In this document: positions 51,178-64,000 of the stretch, piece by piece
How the letters are laid out: each line of letters starts with the position of its first letter
How positions within the stretch are numbered: the first letter of the stretch is position 1
Assembly: GCA_964016885.1 (NCBI GenBank)
Contig: OZ024744.1
Span: 117,490,001 to 117,554,000 of the forward strand
Reading direction: 5' to 3'
From: Eledone cirrhosa
Taxonomy: Eukaryota
Length of the DNA stretch: 64,000 nucleotides
The notes under the pieces: model-generated
What the model was told of the DNA's origin: nothing
The model's input: only the letters and a program-made list of their open reading frames with translations
The model's database searches: none
Program-made: the position numbers and the translations under genes

Positions 51178-52112
51178 TAAGAAAGTGATTCAAATATATT
51201 CATACACAGATAAGTGTGCACTAAGACATATCAAAACATAGAACTAGAGACAATCTACACTGAAAGTAAGACTACATAATTCGTTGAGTATCTTATTAAA
51301 TTGAATTTTAAAAAATTAAAACAAAATACCTGATAATGATCAAATATATTTCCATCATATGTATTCTCCACAAAATCAGAATAGATTTCACTAGATAATG
51401 GTGAAATTAGATATTTTGAAACCGATCATCAGTGAGGGAATTTCAAAATCATCTAATCTCACTCAATCCAGTGTTGAAAGTGGCTAAACGTACATGGTAT
51501 CAATACATGAATTTTAGTACTCGTAACGACATGAAGGATTCTCGTTCGCTAGAAATAGCAGTCCAACCTCTCGATGATAAACAGCTCACCACATAAGGAG
51601 CAGACATATTATTATTATTACTTTCAAAGTAAAGTGTGTCATGAATGATACAAAATCATGCGAGTGTTAAAATTCATGTATTGATACCATGTACGTTTAG
51701 CCACTTTCAACCCTGCATTGAGTGAGATTAGATGATTTTGAAATTCCCTCACTGATGATCCGTTTCAAAATATCTAATTTCGCCATTACTTGGTGAAATA
51801 TATTCTGATTTTGTGGAGAATACATATGAGGGAAATATATTTGATTGTTATCAAGAATTTTGTTTTAATTTAAAAAAATTAAATTTAATAAGATACTCAA
51901 CAAATTATGTAATCTTACGTTCAGTACAGATTGTCTCTAGTCTTAAGTTGTGATATATCTTATGTGTGTATGGATATATTCCAATCACTTTCTTATGATT
52001 AAGGCTCGATTTTATTCTCTGAATTCTATCTTGAGCTGTTTTTAGAGACAAGACATATGTTTGATTTTGTATTCATGACACCCTTAACTTTGAAAGTAAT
52101 AATAATAATAAT
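51178..52112. repeat. overlapping inverted repeats (~51178-51525 with ~51660-51995, and ~51608-51657 with ~52063-52111)
   Basis: Reverse-complement matches are visible. The layout resembles Penelope pseudo-LTR inversions (inference). Confidence 0.75.
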
Positions 52113-52252
52113 ATATATATCTATCATCATCATCATTTTATGTCTGCTTTGGAATTGGGTAAGGCTGCACAGCCCCACTTTCCGCCATGGCGATTGGACT
52201 GTATGCCCTGCTTTCCAGGTTACGCTTTGCCACTGATATATATATGTATATC

Positions 52253-52283
<31 letters not shown>

Positions 52284-52299
52284 TGACGATGACGACGAC

Positions 52300-54100
52300 G
52301 ACGATACGTATGACCTTAGCAACCTGTGCCCTACAAGACCAGCAAGCGGCAGACCACCTACCATTACCTCAATGGCCAAGAAAACCCACACAGAAAGATG
52401 GAACGGGTGGACCAGAGCCATACGGACCCCAGAAAACCACGATGAACTAAAGAAAATGATTGCACATGTGGTGGGAGCCAGTATAAAACTAACCCTTAAG
52501 GAACATATGTTCAAATTTAATGGGAAAACATATGCCCAAGAGGAGGGAGCAGCCATTGGTGTTAGCATTGCAGGTGACATAGCTAACCTATTTATGGTAT
52601 GGTGGCACAATAAACTTAAACTTAAACTTAAAGAACAATTAGAAGACAGCAGCCTCTTAACCCTGATAATGTACTCCCGCTACGTTGATGATATAAACAT
52701 CGTAGTAAAAACACCCCCACTAGAGAACAGTCAGGAATTAGAGAAAAACACAATGGAAAGCATCCAGCAAATAGCTAACTCCATCTACCAGAGTATTAGA
52801 GTTACTATAGACTAGCCAAGCAAACACTCCAACCATCGATTACCTGTACTAGACACAGAGCTCTGGTTAGAAACCATTAATAACAAAAAACAAATCCTCC
52901 ATTCCCATTATGCCAAACCCATGACTTCCAAATATCTGATCCACCGAAACTCGGCTGTTTTGGATCACACCAAAATCAACATACTGATTGCGGATTTAGT
53001 ACGGGTGATGAGAAACGTGTCCCGCATGTGCAACCCCAAAGAACTAGAGAGATACATACAACACTTCATCCACCGTATGCAGTTCTCTGGTTACAATCAG
53101 AGAGATAAAATCAGAGTATATAAAGGAGCCAGAACCAAATGGGAAAAAATGGTAAATAATGATACAAATGGGACCTGCTCCTTGTATAGGAGCAAATTTT
53201 GGAATAGAATAGAAAGAACTAGGAATAAGGGTAATAGAATAAACTCATGGTATGATAGCAATAAATACCAGAGTGTAATGTTCATCAATACAACCCCTAG
53301 AGGTGAATTAGCTTACAAATTTAGAAGGGCCCTAGATAAACTTAAACTTAATATTAAGATAGTAGAAAGACCAGGTACCTCCATAAAAACACTTATTAAT
53401 AATACATACCCTTTTCAAAGACCTCCCTGTATAGATAAGAAATGCATAATCTGTAAACTAAGCCCCCATATTAACTGTAAAACTAGAAACAGTATATAGC
53501 GTAAGATGTACTGAAGGACAATGTAAAGATAAGAATATAGTGTACATAGGTGAGACAGCTCGTAGTATAGGAGAACAGTTAAATGAACATTGGCGAGAGT
53601 TTCAAGATAAAAAAGCATCATCAATACTCCGCCAACATGCTAAAATAGAACATAGGGGCAAATTAGAGAACATAGAAATAAAAATAAAATCTACACACAG
53701 AAAAGACACAATGTTTAGACAAATCACAGAGGCAATAAACATAAATGAACTCCAACCAAAATGAAATAGAAAATATGAATGGAATAGCAACATCACAACT
53801 TACAATTAAGGACAAAATGAAAATACACACACACATAGAACAAACAACCAACCAGTAACATGTAAATAAAAAAATAAGTAAACACATAAAATCACACACA
53901 GACACTCGGATGTAACACATGTGCAAACTAAGCACACAACACACACACAAACAAGATGGCGTAGGACAGAACAAAGGAGAGGCACAAAGCAGAGAAAAGA
54001 ATCTCCAGTCACTGAAGAGGTCACAGAATGTGTGACGAAAGAACTTTGACAATATATGAACAACCGTCCGGTTGTGGAGCCAACCAACCAACCGGAAATA
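52300..54100 (+). mobile_element. Penelope-like retroelement, 5'-truncated (RT + GIY-YIG + 3' UTR/pLTR)
   Basis: FKFNGKTYAQEEGAAIG..IANLFM, YSRYVDD, C..KKCIIC, YIGETARS and ITEAINI..LQPK, with several stops. Confidence 0.9.
54008..54050 (+). ncRNA. minimal type I hammerhead ribozyme motif
   Basis: GTCA-CTGAAGA-G-GTCACA-gaatg-TGTGAC-GAAA-GAACTT-TGAC: core boxes, 6-bp stem II, 4-bp stem I and minimal stem III, in a Penelope 3' region. Confidence 0.7.
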
Positions 54101-54273
54101 TATAAATTTTTTTAAGAAATTTTTTGAAAAAATTTTTTAATTTATAATAAATTGGAGTGAAAGCAACTGGTGCGTGTGTTTCTTATTGGCAACATGACCC
54201 TCCCAAAGTATAACAATATCGGTTTCAACACACGTTTTCAGATAAAGAATCTTGCTAAACAAATTCAGAAACG

Positions 54274-54309
<36 letters not shown>

Positions 54310-54496
54310 GTAGTAACACAACAGTTAGTTCACCATACCGAGAACAATTGTTTCACCTTATCAATTGCTCTCGGTATGGTGAACTAATTGTTGTGTTACT
54401 ACTTCTACGAAACTTGTCCCATGGACTGAGTGCTCTACCATTAGGGATATTACCTTCCAGTGTACCACCTCTCTCTCTCTATATATATATATATAC

Positions 54497-55436
54497 AAAA
54501 TTAAATTAAGGGTTGTCATGTCTGAGAGACATGCGCCATATCCACTGCAGAATAAGCTCAAAGATTCCAATGAATAGATCCAAGCATTTCATATCAACTA
54601 GATGACACTGTGCGATGTGTGTATTTTTTTAAAATGCCACACGGGGTTCGAGTTATTCACAGATTTGCATTTGCTTTGTAAACACGGATAGTTGTATTTT
54701 CTCCTTTGGTGACCATCCAGGATTTGACTGCTGTGATTTACCGATTGATGGTGAAATATATTTTTTATTTAAAGAAATATATACAAAGGAGATTAATCAT
54801 TAAAAGGTATCTATATTTGAAGTTCTAGTTAAACATTAATTGGTTACCCACCTAGCTGTGTGTGCTTACCTACTTTACAAATTATTCCCTGTGATTGTTC
54901 CATATGTTTATTTTATATATATATATATATGTCAATCTATTTCTAGTTGATATAAAATGCTTGGATCTATTTATTGGAATCTTTGAGCTTATTCTGTAGT
55001 GGATATGGCGCATGTCTCTCAGACACGACAACCCTTAATTTAATTTTGGATATATATACGGCCCCTTAATTGTAGAGCTAACTCAGTTGAATGGACTCGG
55101 CTGCTATTTCTAGCTGTCGATAATCCTATTCACGCCACTGGGATGACGCTGTGCGATGTGTGTATTTTTTTTAAATGCCACACGTTGTTCGAGTCATTCA
55201 CAGATTTGCATTTGCGCTTTGTAAACACAGATAGTTATTTTCTTCTCCTTTGGTGACCATCCAGGATTTGACTGCTGTGATTTACTGATTAATTGGTGAA
55301 ATATATACAAAGGAGATTAATCATTTTAAAAGGTATCTATATTTGAAGTTCTAGTTAAACTTTAATTGGTTCCCTGTGATTGTTCCATATGTTTATTTTA
55401 TATATATATATATGTCAATCTATTTCTAGTTGATAT
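54497..55436. repeat. mixed inverted (54497-54602 with 54942-55047) and direct (54601-54953 with 55142-55436) repeats
   Basis: Both pairings are directly visible. Confidence 0.8.
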
Positions 55437-55519
55437 ATATATATATATATATTTGAAAAAAAGGAAAAGAATGATTTCACTTGTAGTGCTAAATAATTTG
55501 ATTTAATTTTATAATATTA

Positions 55520-56265
55520 CTAGCAGTGGTACCCGGCGTTGCACGGGATAAGGTATTTTAGAACGCGGGCCGCCAACAGACCTAATCATTGAAAAACTGC
55601 ATGCCTAGACAATATGTAAAGAAAATAAACCGAATACTCTGATGGCTGGATAATCTTTAAGATTTTACTCGATGAAGCAGAAAAAATGCAAGTTTTCACC
55701 TAATGCAGGCCCTAGGGGATCAAGAAAATGAATTTTTTTTATGTGCATAATATGCCTTGAAATTTCGGGAAAATCAGCTAGACGTAACGCCTCAAAAAAG
55801 CCCTAAAAACCTGAAAAAACTCAGTTTTTCACCTAATGCGTGCCCTAGAGAATCAAAAAGTTGAAACATAAGTAATACACATGTAAAGTTTGAAAAAATC
55901 GGTTGGGTATTTCTCGAGTTTTAGGGATTCAAACTCACAGACACACACGCAGAGACAGACATCCTCAGGGAAGTGATGTAATGCAGACAGCCAAGCATAC
56001 AGACAGATATTATAAGGGCATGACGTTATATGTATGTATCTATCTAAAAAGAGAAAGACTAAGAATTATAGAGAGAGATCACTAAATCGCCTAATGCGGT
56101 CCCTAGGGCATTGAAAATTTGAAATTTTTTTTGGCTCAGAACACTCCCTGAAACATAAGTATTACATGTGTAAAGTTTGAAAACAGTCGGTTGGGTGTTT
56201 CTCGAGTTTTAGGGATTCAAACTCACATACACACAGACAGACACCCTCAGTTTTATATATATAGA
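55520..56265 (-). mobile_element. non-autonomous Helitron
   Basis: The minus strand starts TCTATATATATAAAA and ends CCCG-tgcaacgc-CGGG...CTAG|T. Confidence 0.75.
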
Positions 56266-56766
56266 CTAGCAGAAAACCGCCCATCGGGTGATTTTCTGCT
56301 ACTATATATATATATATATATTACACACACAGAAATGTATATATATTTCTGTGTGTGTATATATATATATATATTACACACACAGAAATGTATATATATT
56401 TCTGTGTGTATATATATTTCTGTGTGTGTATATATAAATATATTACACACACACAGAAATGTATATATGTTTCTGTAGCACTCCTCAATTCCCCCCTCTC
56501 TCCCTCCCGCTATCCCCCTCTTGTAGTCTGTCTCTTTCTTTCACTCTCACTCTCTCTTTACGCGTGCGCAAAAAACATTCGCACGCGCGCACGTGTTTTA
56601 GCGTCTATTCACTCTCTCCCTCCCGCTATCCCCCTCTCGTAGTCTGTCTCTTTCTTTCACTCTCACTCTCTCTCTACGCGTGCGCAAAAAACATTCGCAC
56701 GCGCGCACGTGTTTCCACTGTCGGACAGACAGACAGAGAAATTGCTGGTTATATATTATAAGGAGA
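56266..56766 (-). mobile_element. second non-autonomous Helitron abutting the first
   Basis: The minus strand starts A|TCTCCTTATAATATA and ends with a GC hairpin then CTAG. Internal ~115-bp duplication. Confidence 0.65.
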
Positions 56767-56982
56767 TAATATTATGAGTTGGTAGATCTAGTAAGTTCTT
56801 TGTTAACTTCGGTGGGAAGAATTTTAAAGATTCCTGGTTAACTTTCTTGGAGAACTTTCTCGCATTCATCGGTGGCGATTGTCCAACTGAGATCAGGTTG
56901 TGTTGTGATGTGTGTCTCTATATATAAGAGAGATTTGGATGTGTCTGGGGTGTGGTGTTAATCAGTGTTGATAAAGATTTAA

Positions 56983-58231
56983 GCCTTTAGTGTTCAAACC
57001 GCCCGAAATCGCCCACACTAAAAAATCGTTCTAAAACCATCATCAAAATATCGAATTGACGTCAATTCGAAATTACTGCGAGATTAGGCCCTTACCGCGA
57101 AAATTAACACTTAATATAGTGGAACAACTTAAAACAACAAGTGTTTTTTTAACTTTGAAAGTGCAACAAATTTTTTTTTGTATCAACATGGCTTATGAAA
57201 GTAACGATACCGACTTTGAAGGTTTTACACATGGCAACATTCAGAATAAACAAGAAACAAACGATAATATTAGTGATTTATCTTCAAATGAATCTGATGT
57301 TTATATTTCTGAAATTTCGTCCGACAATGATTATTGTTTTGAAAGTGAAAACGAAGGAGGTCTCCAGGACGCCATTGAAAATATTACAGCAACGTGGTTG
57401 AAAAATACCTACACTAATATATGTTCCCGATTTTATTCAAAATACTGGTCCACAACACACATTAGCTCCCGATGCTAAAGCACTGGATTATTTCTTTTTG
57501 TTTTTACCACAAACTTTCTTCGAAGTTGTGGCAGAAGAGACTAATCGATATGCCCAACAACAGATTTCAAATCGAGGAAAACCCGATCTGTTTGGCGACC
57601 GACAGATGCTGCGGAAATGCAAGCATTTTTTACCGTAAATATTAAGTACGGTATAAAACAATTTCCAAGACTGGAATTACTGGAACACTGGTATAAGGTT
57701 TAGTGATTCTTATATATCAAGTATTATGCCGAAAACAAGGTATTTAAAATTAAACCAGTATTTGCACCTGGTTGATACTTCAAATGACCCTATTAATTAA
57801 TTTCACCTGCCCATAACAATCAAATTTGACCAAAAAAATCAGGTAAAATTATATAATTGTAAATTATTGATATTTAAACATCTACTGACAAAATTTCAAG
57901 CCTGCACATAGAAAATTAAAAAAATTACAAACAAATAAAATTGATAACCCTCTTGAGTATGATTAATTCAAAATGATTGTTTCTACTTTTGGCACAAGGC
58001 CAGCAATTACCCAGTGTATTACTGGTACTTTATTTTATCGACCTCGTAAGGATGAAAGGCAAAGTTAACCTCGGCGGGATTTGAACTCAGATCATAAAGG
58101 GCCGTAACTCTTTGCTGCAAAGCATGGCGTCCGACCCTCTACCGATACTGCCAATCCACCGTCCATGATTAACTCAAAATAATACGAACATATAAGCATA
58201 ACGTTTGAAAATTAATGCGAATGCTAAAGGG
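56983..58231 (+). mobile_element. internally deleted piggyBac transposon with transposase remnant
   Basis: TTAA at 56979-56982 and 58232-58235, TIRs (G/C)CCTTTAG. Acidic N-terminus from ATG 57188, then ALDYFFLFL..FFEVVAEETNRYAQQ and IMPKTRYLKLNQYLHL. Confidence 0.9.
57975..58164 (-). mobile_element. tRNA-derived SINE nested in piggyBac
   Basis: Same family as 15253. 16-bp target duplication ATGATTAA(T/C)TCAAAAT at 57959-57974 and 58165-58180. Confidence 0.9.
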
Positions 58232-59509
58232 TTAAAGGAATTAAAGCACACACACACATACATACATATAAACACACAGAAAATGGTGCAGTTGACATCA
58301 AGATAAGGGTGTTTGAGAAAGTGGTTGTAAAATCCCCTTCTGCTGGTTTTATTTCATTAGCTGACCTTTGATGAGCATATAATGGCTGGCAGGATGTTTT
58401 TCAAATTCGTTTCTCATGACTGAATCAACTCTCTTAAATTTATAAAGAATATCTTCTACAAATTTCTATATCAAAGATGAATTTAGGTGTGTGTCTGGTG
58501 GTGGTGGGTTTTAATGAGGTGTATGATACATGTCTTTTGATAAGACTGGGATGACAGTAAAAGGAGAAAAAGAAGGATAGTTTAGTTTTGTCAGAAATGT
58601 ATGTTGTTGATATTGGTTTGGGAGGGGAAGTGTGTGTGTGTGTGGGGGGGGGGCATGATAGCTCACATATTCACTTCCCTATCTGTAAATATATTTACAG
58701 TCCATATATATTACATACATACACACACACACATACACCCACATATCTACACACACATATCTACACACATACCCACACACACATATATACACATATATAC
58801 ACACATGCATACGCATATATATACACATACACACATATATATATATACATACACATGCATACACCCACACATACATGTACATACATACATATACACAAAT
58901 ACACACACACACATATATATATACACACATATATATATATATATATCACACACGCACGTGCATACGTACAATATATACACACATACATATGTACACATAT
59001 ATCTGTACACCTACTGACATATACATAAAAACACATCTATACAACCACTTTCTCAAACACCCTTATCTTGATGTCAACTGCACCATTTTCTGTGTGTATA
59101 TATGTATGTATGTGTGTGTGTGCTTTAATTCCTTTAAATCTTCATCAACACTGATTAACACCACACCCCAGACACACACATCCAAATCTCTCTTATATAT
59201 AGAGTCACACATCACAACACAACCTGATCTCAGTTGGACAATCGCCACCGATGAATGCGAGAAAGTTCTCCAAAGAAAGTTAACCAGGAATCTTTAAAAT
59301 TCTTCCCACCGAAGTTAACAAAGAACTTACTAGATCTACCAACTCATAATATTACAAAATTAAATCAAATTATTTAGCACTACAAGTGAGTCATTCTTTT
59401 CCTTTTTTCAAATATACCTAACTGTACCAAGGATCTCGCACATTTTCCAATATATATATATATATAATATATAATATATATAATATATAATATATATGCA
59501 TATATATAA

Positions 59510-61158
59510 TCATCATCATCATCATTTTACGTCTGCTTTTCCCTGCTTGCAAGGGTGGGACGGGTCTTATTCAGCACAGCATCTCTCCACTTGTCACGGT
59601 CCTTCATCATCTCCTCCGTGAGCTTCAGCGATCTGAGGTCCGTTCTCACCACCTCCGCCCATGTTTTTTGTGGTCTACCTCTACCACGTCTTCCTTCAAC
59701 TGGCATTTCCTGCCACTTCTTCACCCATCGGTCATCCTCCATGCGCATCACATGTCCATACCACCTCAGTCTCCTCTCCCGTACACTACATTCTATCCCT
59801 CTCAGACACAGTTTCTCTCTCAACACATTTATGCTGGGTCGTTCACGCACATTTACACTGCACATCCAACGGAGCATGCTTGCCTCATTCCTCTTCAGCC
59901 GTCGCATATCCTCTGCAGTTGCTGCCCATATCTCACTACCATGCAGCATCGTGTTCCTCACACAGGCATCATATAACCGCCCTTTCATACGCAGGGAGAA
60001 ACCCTTCTTCATTAGCAAAGGAAGCAGATCCCTAATCTTCTTCCAACCCATTCTTATTCTAGATACTATGGCTTTGGAACACCCCCACCCATGCTAATCT
60101 TATTACCTAGGTACCAGAAGCTATCAACCACTTTTATAGCACCTACCTGCATTTGAAAAATGTGTCTATCAATGCGACTTCTACTGTCTAATTTCCCTGT
60201 ACATCTACTGCTTACGTATTTATCCCTACCTGTTAGTTTGCCTGCTATCCCACTACATCTCTTGTGTACCCAGGATCTGCATTGTGTGCATTTTATAGAA
60301 TTTATGCCAGTTCCTTTTCTGCATATTGAACATGGCAATTTCCCTGACAGAATAAGAGTTTTGTCCTCTTTTCTACTCATCAACACTTTTGTCTTAGCTA
60401 GGTTCACTCTCAGTCCCCTTGCTTCCAACTGCTGTTTCCATAGCCAGAATTTATTCTCTAGCTCCTCTACTGATTCTGCTATAAGAACCAGATCATCAGC
60501 ATAGAAAAGTTCCCATGGACAGCCAGGCTTAAATCCCTCTGTTATGGCTTGGAGGACTATAATGAACAAGAGCGGACTGAGGACCGAACCTTGATGTACT
60601 CCTACTTTTATCTGGAATTCCTCACTAAACTCCATTCCTACCCTGACTTTACTGAGAGTACCTCTGTACAAACTTTGCACTGTCCTCACAAGCCATTCCT
60701 CAAAACATAGCTTCCTTAGGGACCACCAGATGACAGATCGGGGTACCCTATCAAAGGCCTTCTCTAGGTCAACAAAGGCTAAGTATAGTGGCTTATTTTT
60801 CTCTCAGAACCTCCCTTGTAATTGTCTCACCAAAAAGAGGGTATCAAAACCAAACTGCATCTCATCTAGTTTGACCCTTTCTCTAATTAGTTGTGCTAAA
60901 ATCCTTTCTGCCACTTTCATAACCTGATCTATCAGTTTTATACCCCTATAATCGCTCCTCTCCAGAGCATCCCCTTTACCTTTGTAGCAATTTATGAGAA
61001 TACTGCTGCACCAGTCTATGGGTATGACACCACCATATATAGCCTGATTGATGATGCGTGCAACCAGTTTAGACCCTACGTCCCCTGATGTCTTCAGCAT
61101 CTCAACAACTATTCCTGATGGTCCAGCAGTCTTACCATTTTTCGTTTCCTCAATCGCC
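59510..61158 (-). mobile_element. RTE-clade LINE, 5'-truncated
   Basis: KGKGDALERSDYRGIKL, QFGF, GVHQGSVLSPLLF, FYADDL, PHD-like finger and 3' tail. Confidence 0.92.
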
Positions 61159-61224
61159 TATTATATAATATATAATATATATATATTATATATAATATAT
61201 ATATATATATATTATATATATACC

Positions 61225-62605
61225 AAATGACTGGTCTAGCAGCAGCATCATTAACTGCTACAAGGGTAAAGGAGATGCACTAGATAGAGGAAACTATAGA
61301 GGCATTAAATTAATCGACCAGGTCATGAAGGTCACAGAAAAAGTTATAACGCAACTCATCAGAGAGCGAATTGATCTAGACGAAATGCCATTTGGGTTTG
61401 TGTCAGGTAAAAGTACCACAGACGCCTTTTTCCTTGTACAACAACTACAGGAGAAGTACCTAGCTAAAAGTAAACCCCTATACTTAGCTTTTGTTAACTT
61501 GGAGAAAGCATTTGACAGAGTCCCCCGTGCCATTATCTGGTGGGCCCTTAGAAAACAACGGGTTGATGAATGGATTCTGAGAGCTATACAAGCTATGTAT
61601 AAAGAAACAGTCAGCAAGGTTAGAATTAATGAATATAGTGAAGAATTTAGCGTAAAAGTTGGTGTTCATCAGGGCTCTGTCTTTAGCCCCCTCCTATTTA
61701 TCATTGCCCTTCAGGCTATAACAGAGGAGTTCAAGACCGGCTGCCCACGGGAACTCCTATATGCAGATGATCTAACGCTCATAGCTGAATCTATGGATGA
61801 ACTAGAAAAGAAATTCCAAACATGGAAGGATGGCCTAGAATCAAAAGGCCTTAAAGTTAACTTGTCTAAACTAAAGTTCTAGTATGTAGGAAGGAAAATA
61901 GGGCACAGGTCACCTCTGGGAAATGGCCATGCTCAGTGTGTAGGAAAGGAGTAGACAGAAATTCCATTTTATGTCCCAAATGCAAAGTATGGGTACATAA
62001 AAGATGTAGCGGGATCACAGGTAAGCTATCTAAGAACGTAGATTTTATATGTGGCCGGTAATGAGGTGCAATAAGTAGCAAGTGCCCACAGAATACTAGC
62101 TTCTTCTATTGCCCAGATGGTTCTATAGAAATAGTGGACAGCTTCCGTTACCTGGGTGACAAAATCAGCAATGGTGGAGGGTGCTCTGAAAGTACAGTAG
62201 CTAGAGTCAGAACGGGATGGAAAAAGTTCAGAGAGCTTATACCACTATTGGCCGCTAAAGGTTTCTTTCTAAAAATAAAAGGCAGACTGTATGAAGCTTG
62301 CATAAGAACAGCTATGTTCCATGGCAGTGAAACCTGGGCATTGTGTGCAGAGGATCTGCACAGACTGGAGAGGAACGAAGCTTGCATGCTCCGTTGGATG
62401 TGTAATAGTAATATACGTGAACAGCAAAGCATAAATGAACTAAGTGAGAAAGTAGGTATAAGAGGGATCAGATGCTGTTTACTCGAGAGAAGACTACGTT
62501 GGTATGGTCACGTGATGCGCATGAAAGACGACAGCTGTATAAAAAAGTGCAGGGCGATCAAAATTGACGGAAGTTACGGAGTAGGCAGACCCTAAGAAGA
62601 CAGGT
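61225..62605 (+). mobile_element. RTE-clade LINE fragment, second subfamily
   Basis: NYRGIKL, LEKAFDRVP, GVHQGSVFSPLLF, LYADDL and GSETW. Confidence 0.92.
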
Positions 62606-62614
62606 AGATGATAC

Positions 62615-62902
62615 TTTGGTTCGTGGAAATGTTCCCTGGCAATGAACGGAAAAAATATGAAGATAATACGTCATTATTTGGAGCGGTGAGAACAATTACA
62701 TGCCAAGACAAAACCACATTTATGGTATAAATGAAGTCTTGGGCTAATATTCTATTTAGGTGGTTCGTGTAGACGTTACCTGGCAATGAACGGAAAAAAC
62801 AAAGATAATACGTCGTTATGTGGAGCGACGAGAACAGTTACACGCAAAGACAAAACCACGTTTATGGTATAACTGAAGTCGTAGACTAAAATTCTATTTA
62901 GG
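62615..62902. repeat. two diverged tandem copies of a ~140-bp unit
   Basis: TGGTTCGTG...CCTGGCAATGAACGGAAAAA...ATTCTATTTAGG occurs twice. Confidence 0.75.
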
Positions 62903-63599
62903 AAACCAAATGATTCTCGGTTTCAGAGTTATGAATAATGTAAATTAATTACTGAGGTTATTGAAACAACAATAATTAAATATATACATGCACGCATCCA
63001 TATACGTACATACACATGCATATGCGAAAACACCCACCATGGTATGCATATACAAGCACGTACACAAAACCACACGCACACATACAAAAACACCTGCAAC
63101 ACCTGTACCCGTACACATACGAATGTATACACCAAATACACATAAAAATATATATTAAAAAAGAAAAAAAAAAAATATATATACATATATGTGTGTGTGC
63201 GCGTATACATATAATCATATAAACGTATATAAATATACACACATAAATACGTATATAATGCGCACACACACACACCTACATGTAAATACACATGTTCGCT
63301 ATACGTACGTCAACCAAAACACAAAGTACACATATACACACCCTACATACGTGAAAACTCGCATACACACACAAACGCAAAATACACGTATACACATAAC
63401 CATATACACATGTACCTGTATATATAATATAATATATACACTCATAACAAATACAAGGAAATATACATACGAGTAAGTATACCTACCTTCACAAAACATA
63501 CAGGTAATATATACTTACCTATACAAATAAGTAATCGTATAAACATAAAATATACTTAGCTACCACATCAAGACGGAAAATATCCGCGTATAGTTCGTA

Positions 63600-64000
63600 C
63601 TATCCGTTAGGGTATAATGTGGGGCTGTAATACAGGAAGGTTTTGTGCAATTTATGTTTACAAGCCAAAATTGCCTCAGATTCTTTGTTTAAGATGTGGT
63701 CATTGGTGTAGAGTATTTCCAGGGCTTCAGTGGCGCAGAGGTCACATGGTCTTTTATTTCCGTTATACGATCTAGCAAGGATCTCCCAGTGTAACCTATA
63801 TTGGGTGTGGTGGTCTTTTAGACTCCTGATATAAGCTGAAAGTGACGTCATGTTCCTTCTTAAAGGGTTAAGAAAAGAATGGGTTTGCATGTAAAGATGC
63901 TGCTTGAATCTATTGGCGGTTAACCCTATGTAGGCCCTACGGGACGTGGGTGTTTCAACCTTACATTTGTAGACAATGTTACTGGAGAGGCATTTCCCGG
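63600..64000 (-). mobile_element. Penelope-like GIY-YIG remnant running off the window
   Basis: The minus strand reads GKCLSSNIVYKCKV..AYIGLTANRFKQH, then TSLSAYIRSLKD..WEIL..CDLCATE..LNK..CKH. Confidence 0.82.

Noticed and set aside
51745-51812. CTGATGA...TGAAA as a hammerhead ribozyme
   Set aside because: I could not build a convincing stem II closing pair or stems I and III.
54700-54760. Candidate DHRS3 exon 3 after a pyrimidine tract and CAG
   Set aside because: The translation lacks the expected ILVNNA motif, and the segment is part of a local direct repeat (copy at ~55240).
58588-59297. His/Thr/Tyr/Ile-rich ORFs here and at 34119-34551, 49693-50518 and 62929-63499
   Set aside because: Translations of (CA)/(TA) microsatellite-like or minisatellite DNA.

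Overview
Eukaryotic, repeat-rich genomic DNA. The SINE, RTE and Penelope repertoire resembles an octopod cephalopod, which is an inference from repeat style and is not verified. The window has two halves. (1) About 1.35-32.87 kb is a same-strand, head-to-tail array of at least seven Tx1/L1-clade non-LTR retrotransposon copies from about four subfamilies (labelled A-D here). Each copy ends in AATAAA-(ATT)n and nearly every next element starts directly in that tail. One copy (3912-9967) is full length with an intact 1139-aa APE-RT-CCHC ORF2, and another carries a ~7 kb 30-bp minisatellite grown inside ORF1. All four ORF1/ORF2 junctions carry a perfect GGTAAGT splice-donor motif, and the intact copy looks like an ORF1/ORF2 chimera joined at the position of that motif. 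(2) From 33.6 kb there are the first two coding exons of a DHRS3-like short-chain dehydrogenase. Its introns are filled with RTE LINE, Penelope (one with a minimal hammerhead ribozyme), SINE, Helitron and piggyBac remnants, long inverted repeats and minisatellites. All identities were judged by eye and no database searches were run.
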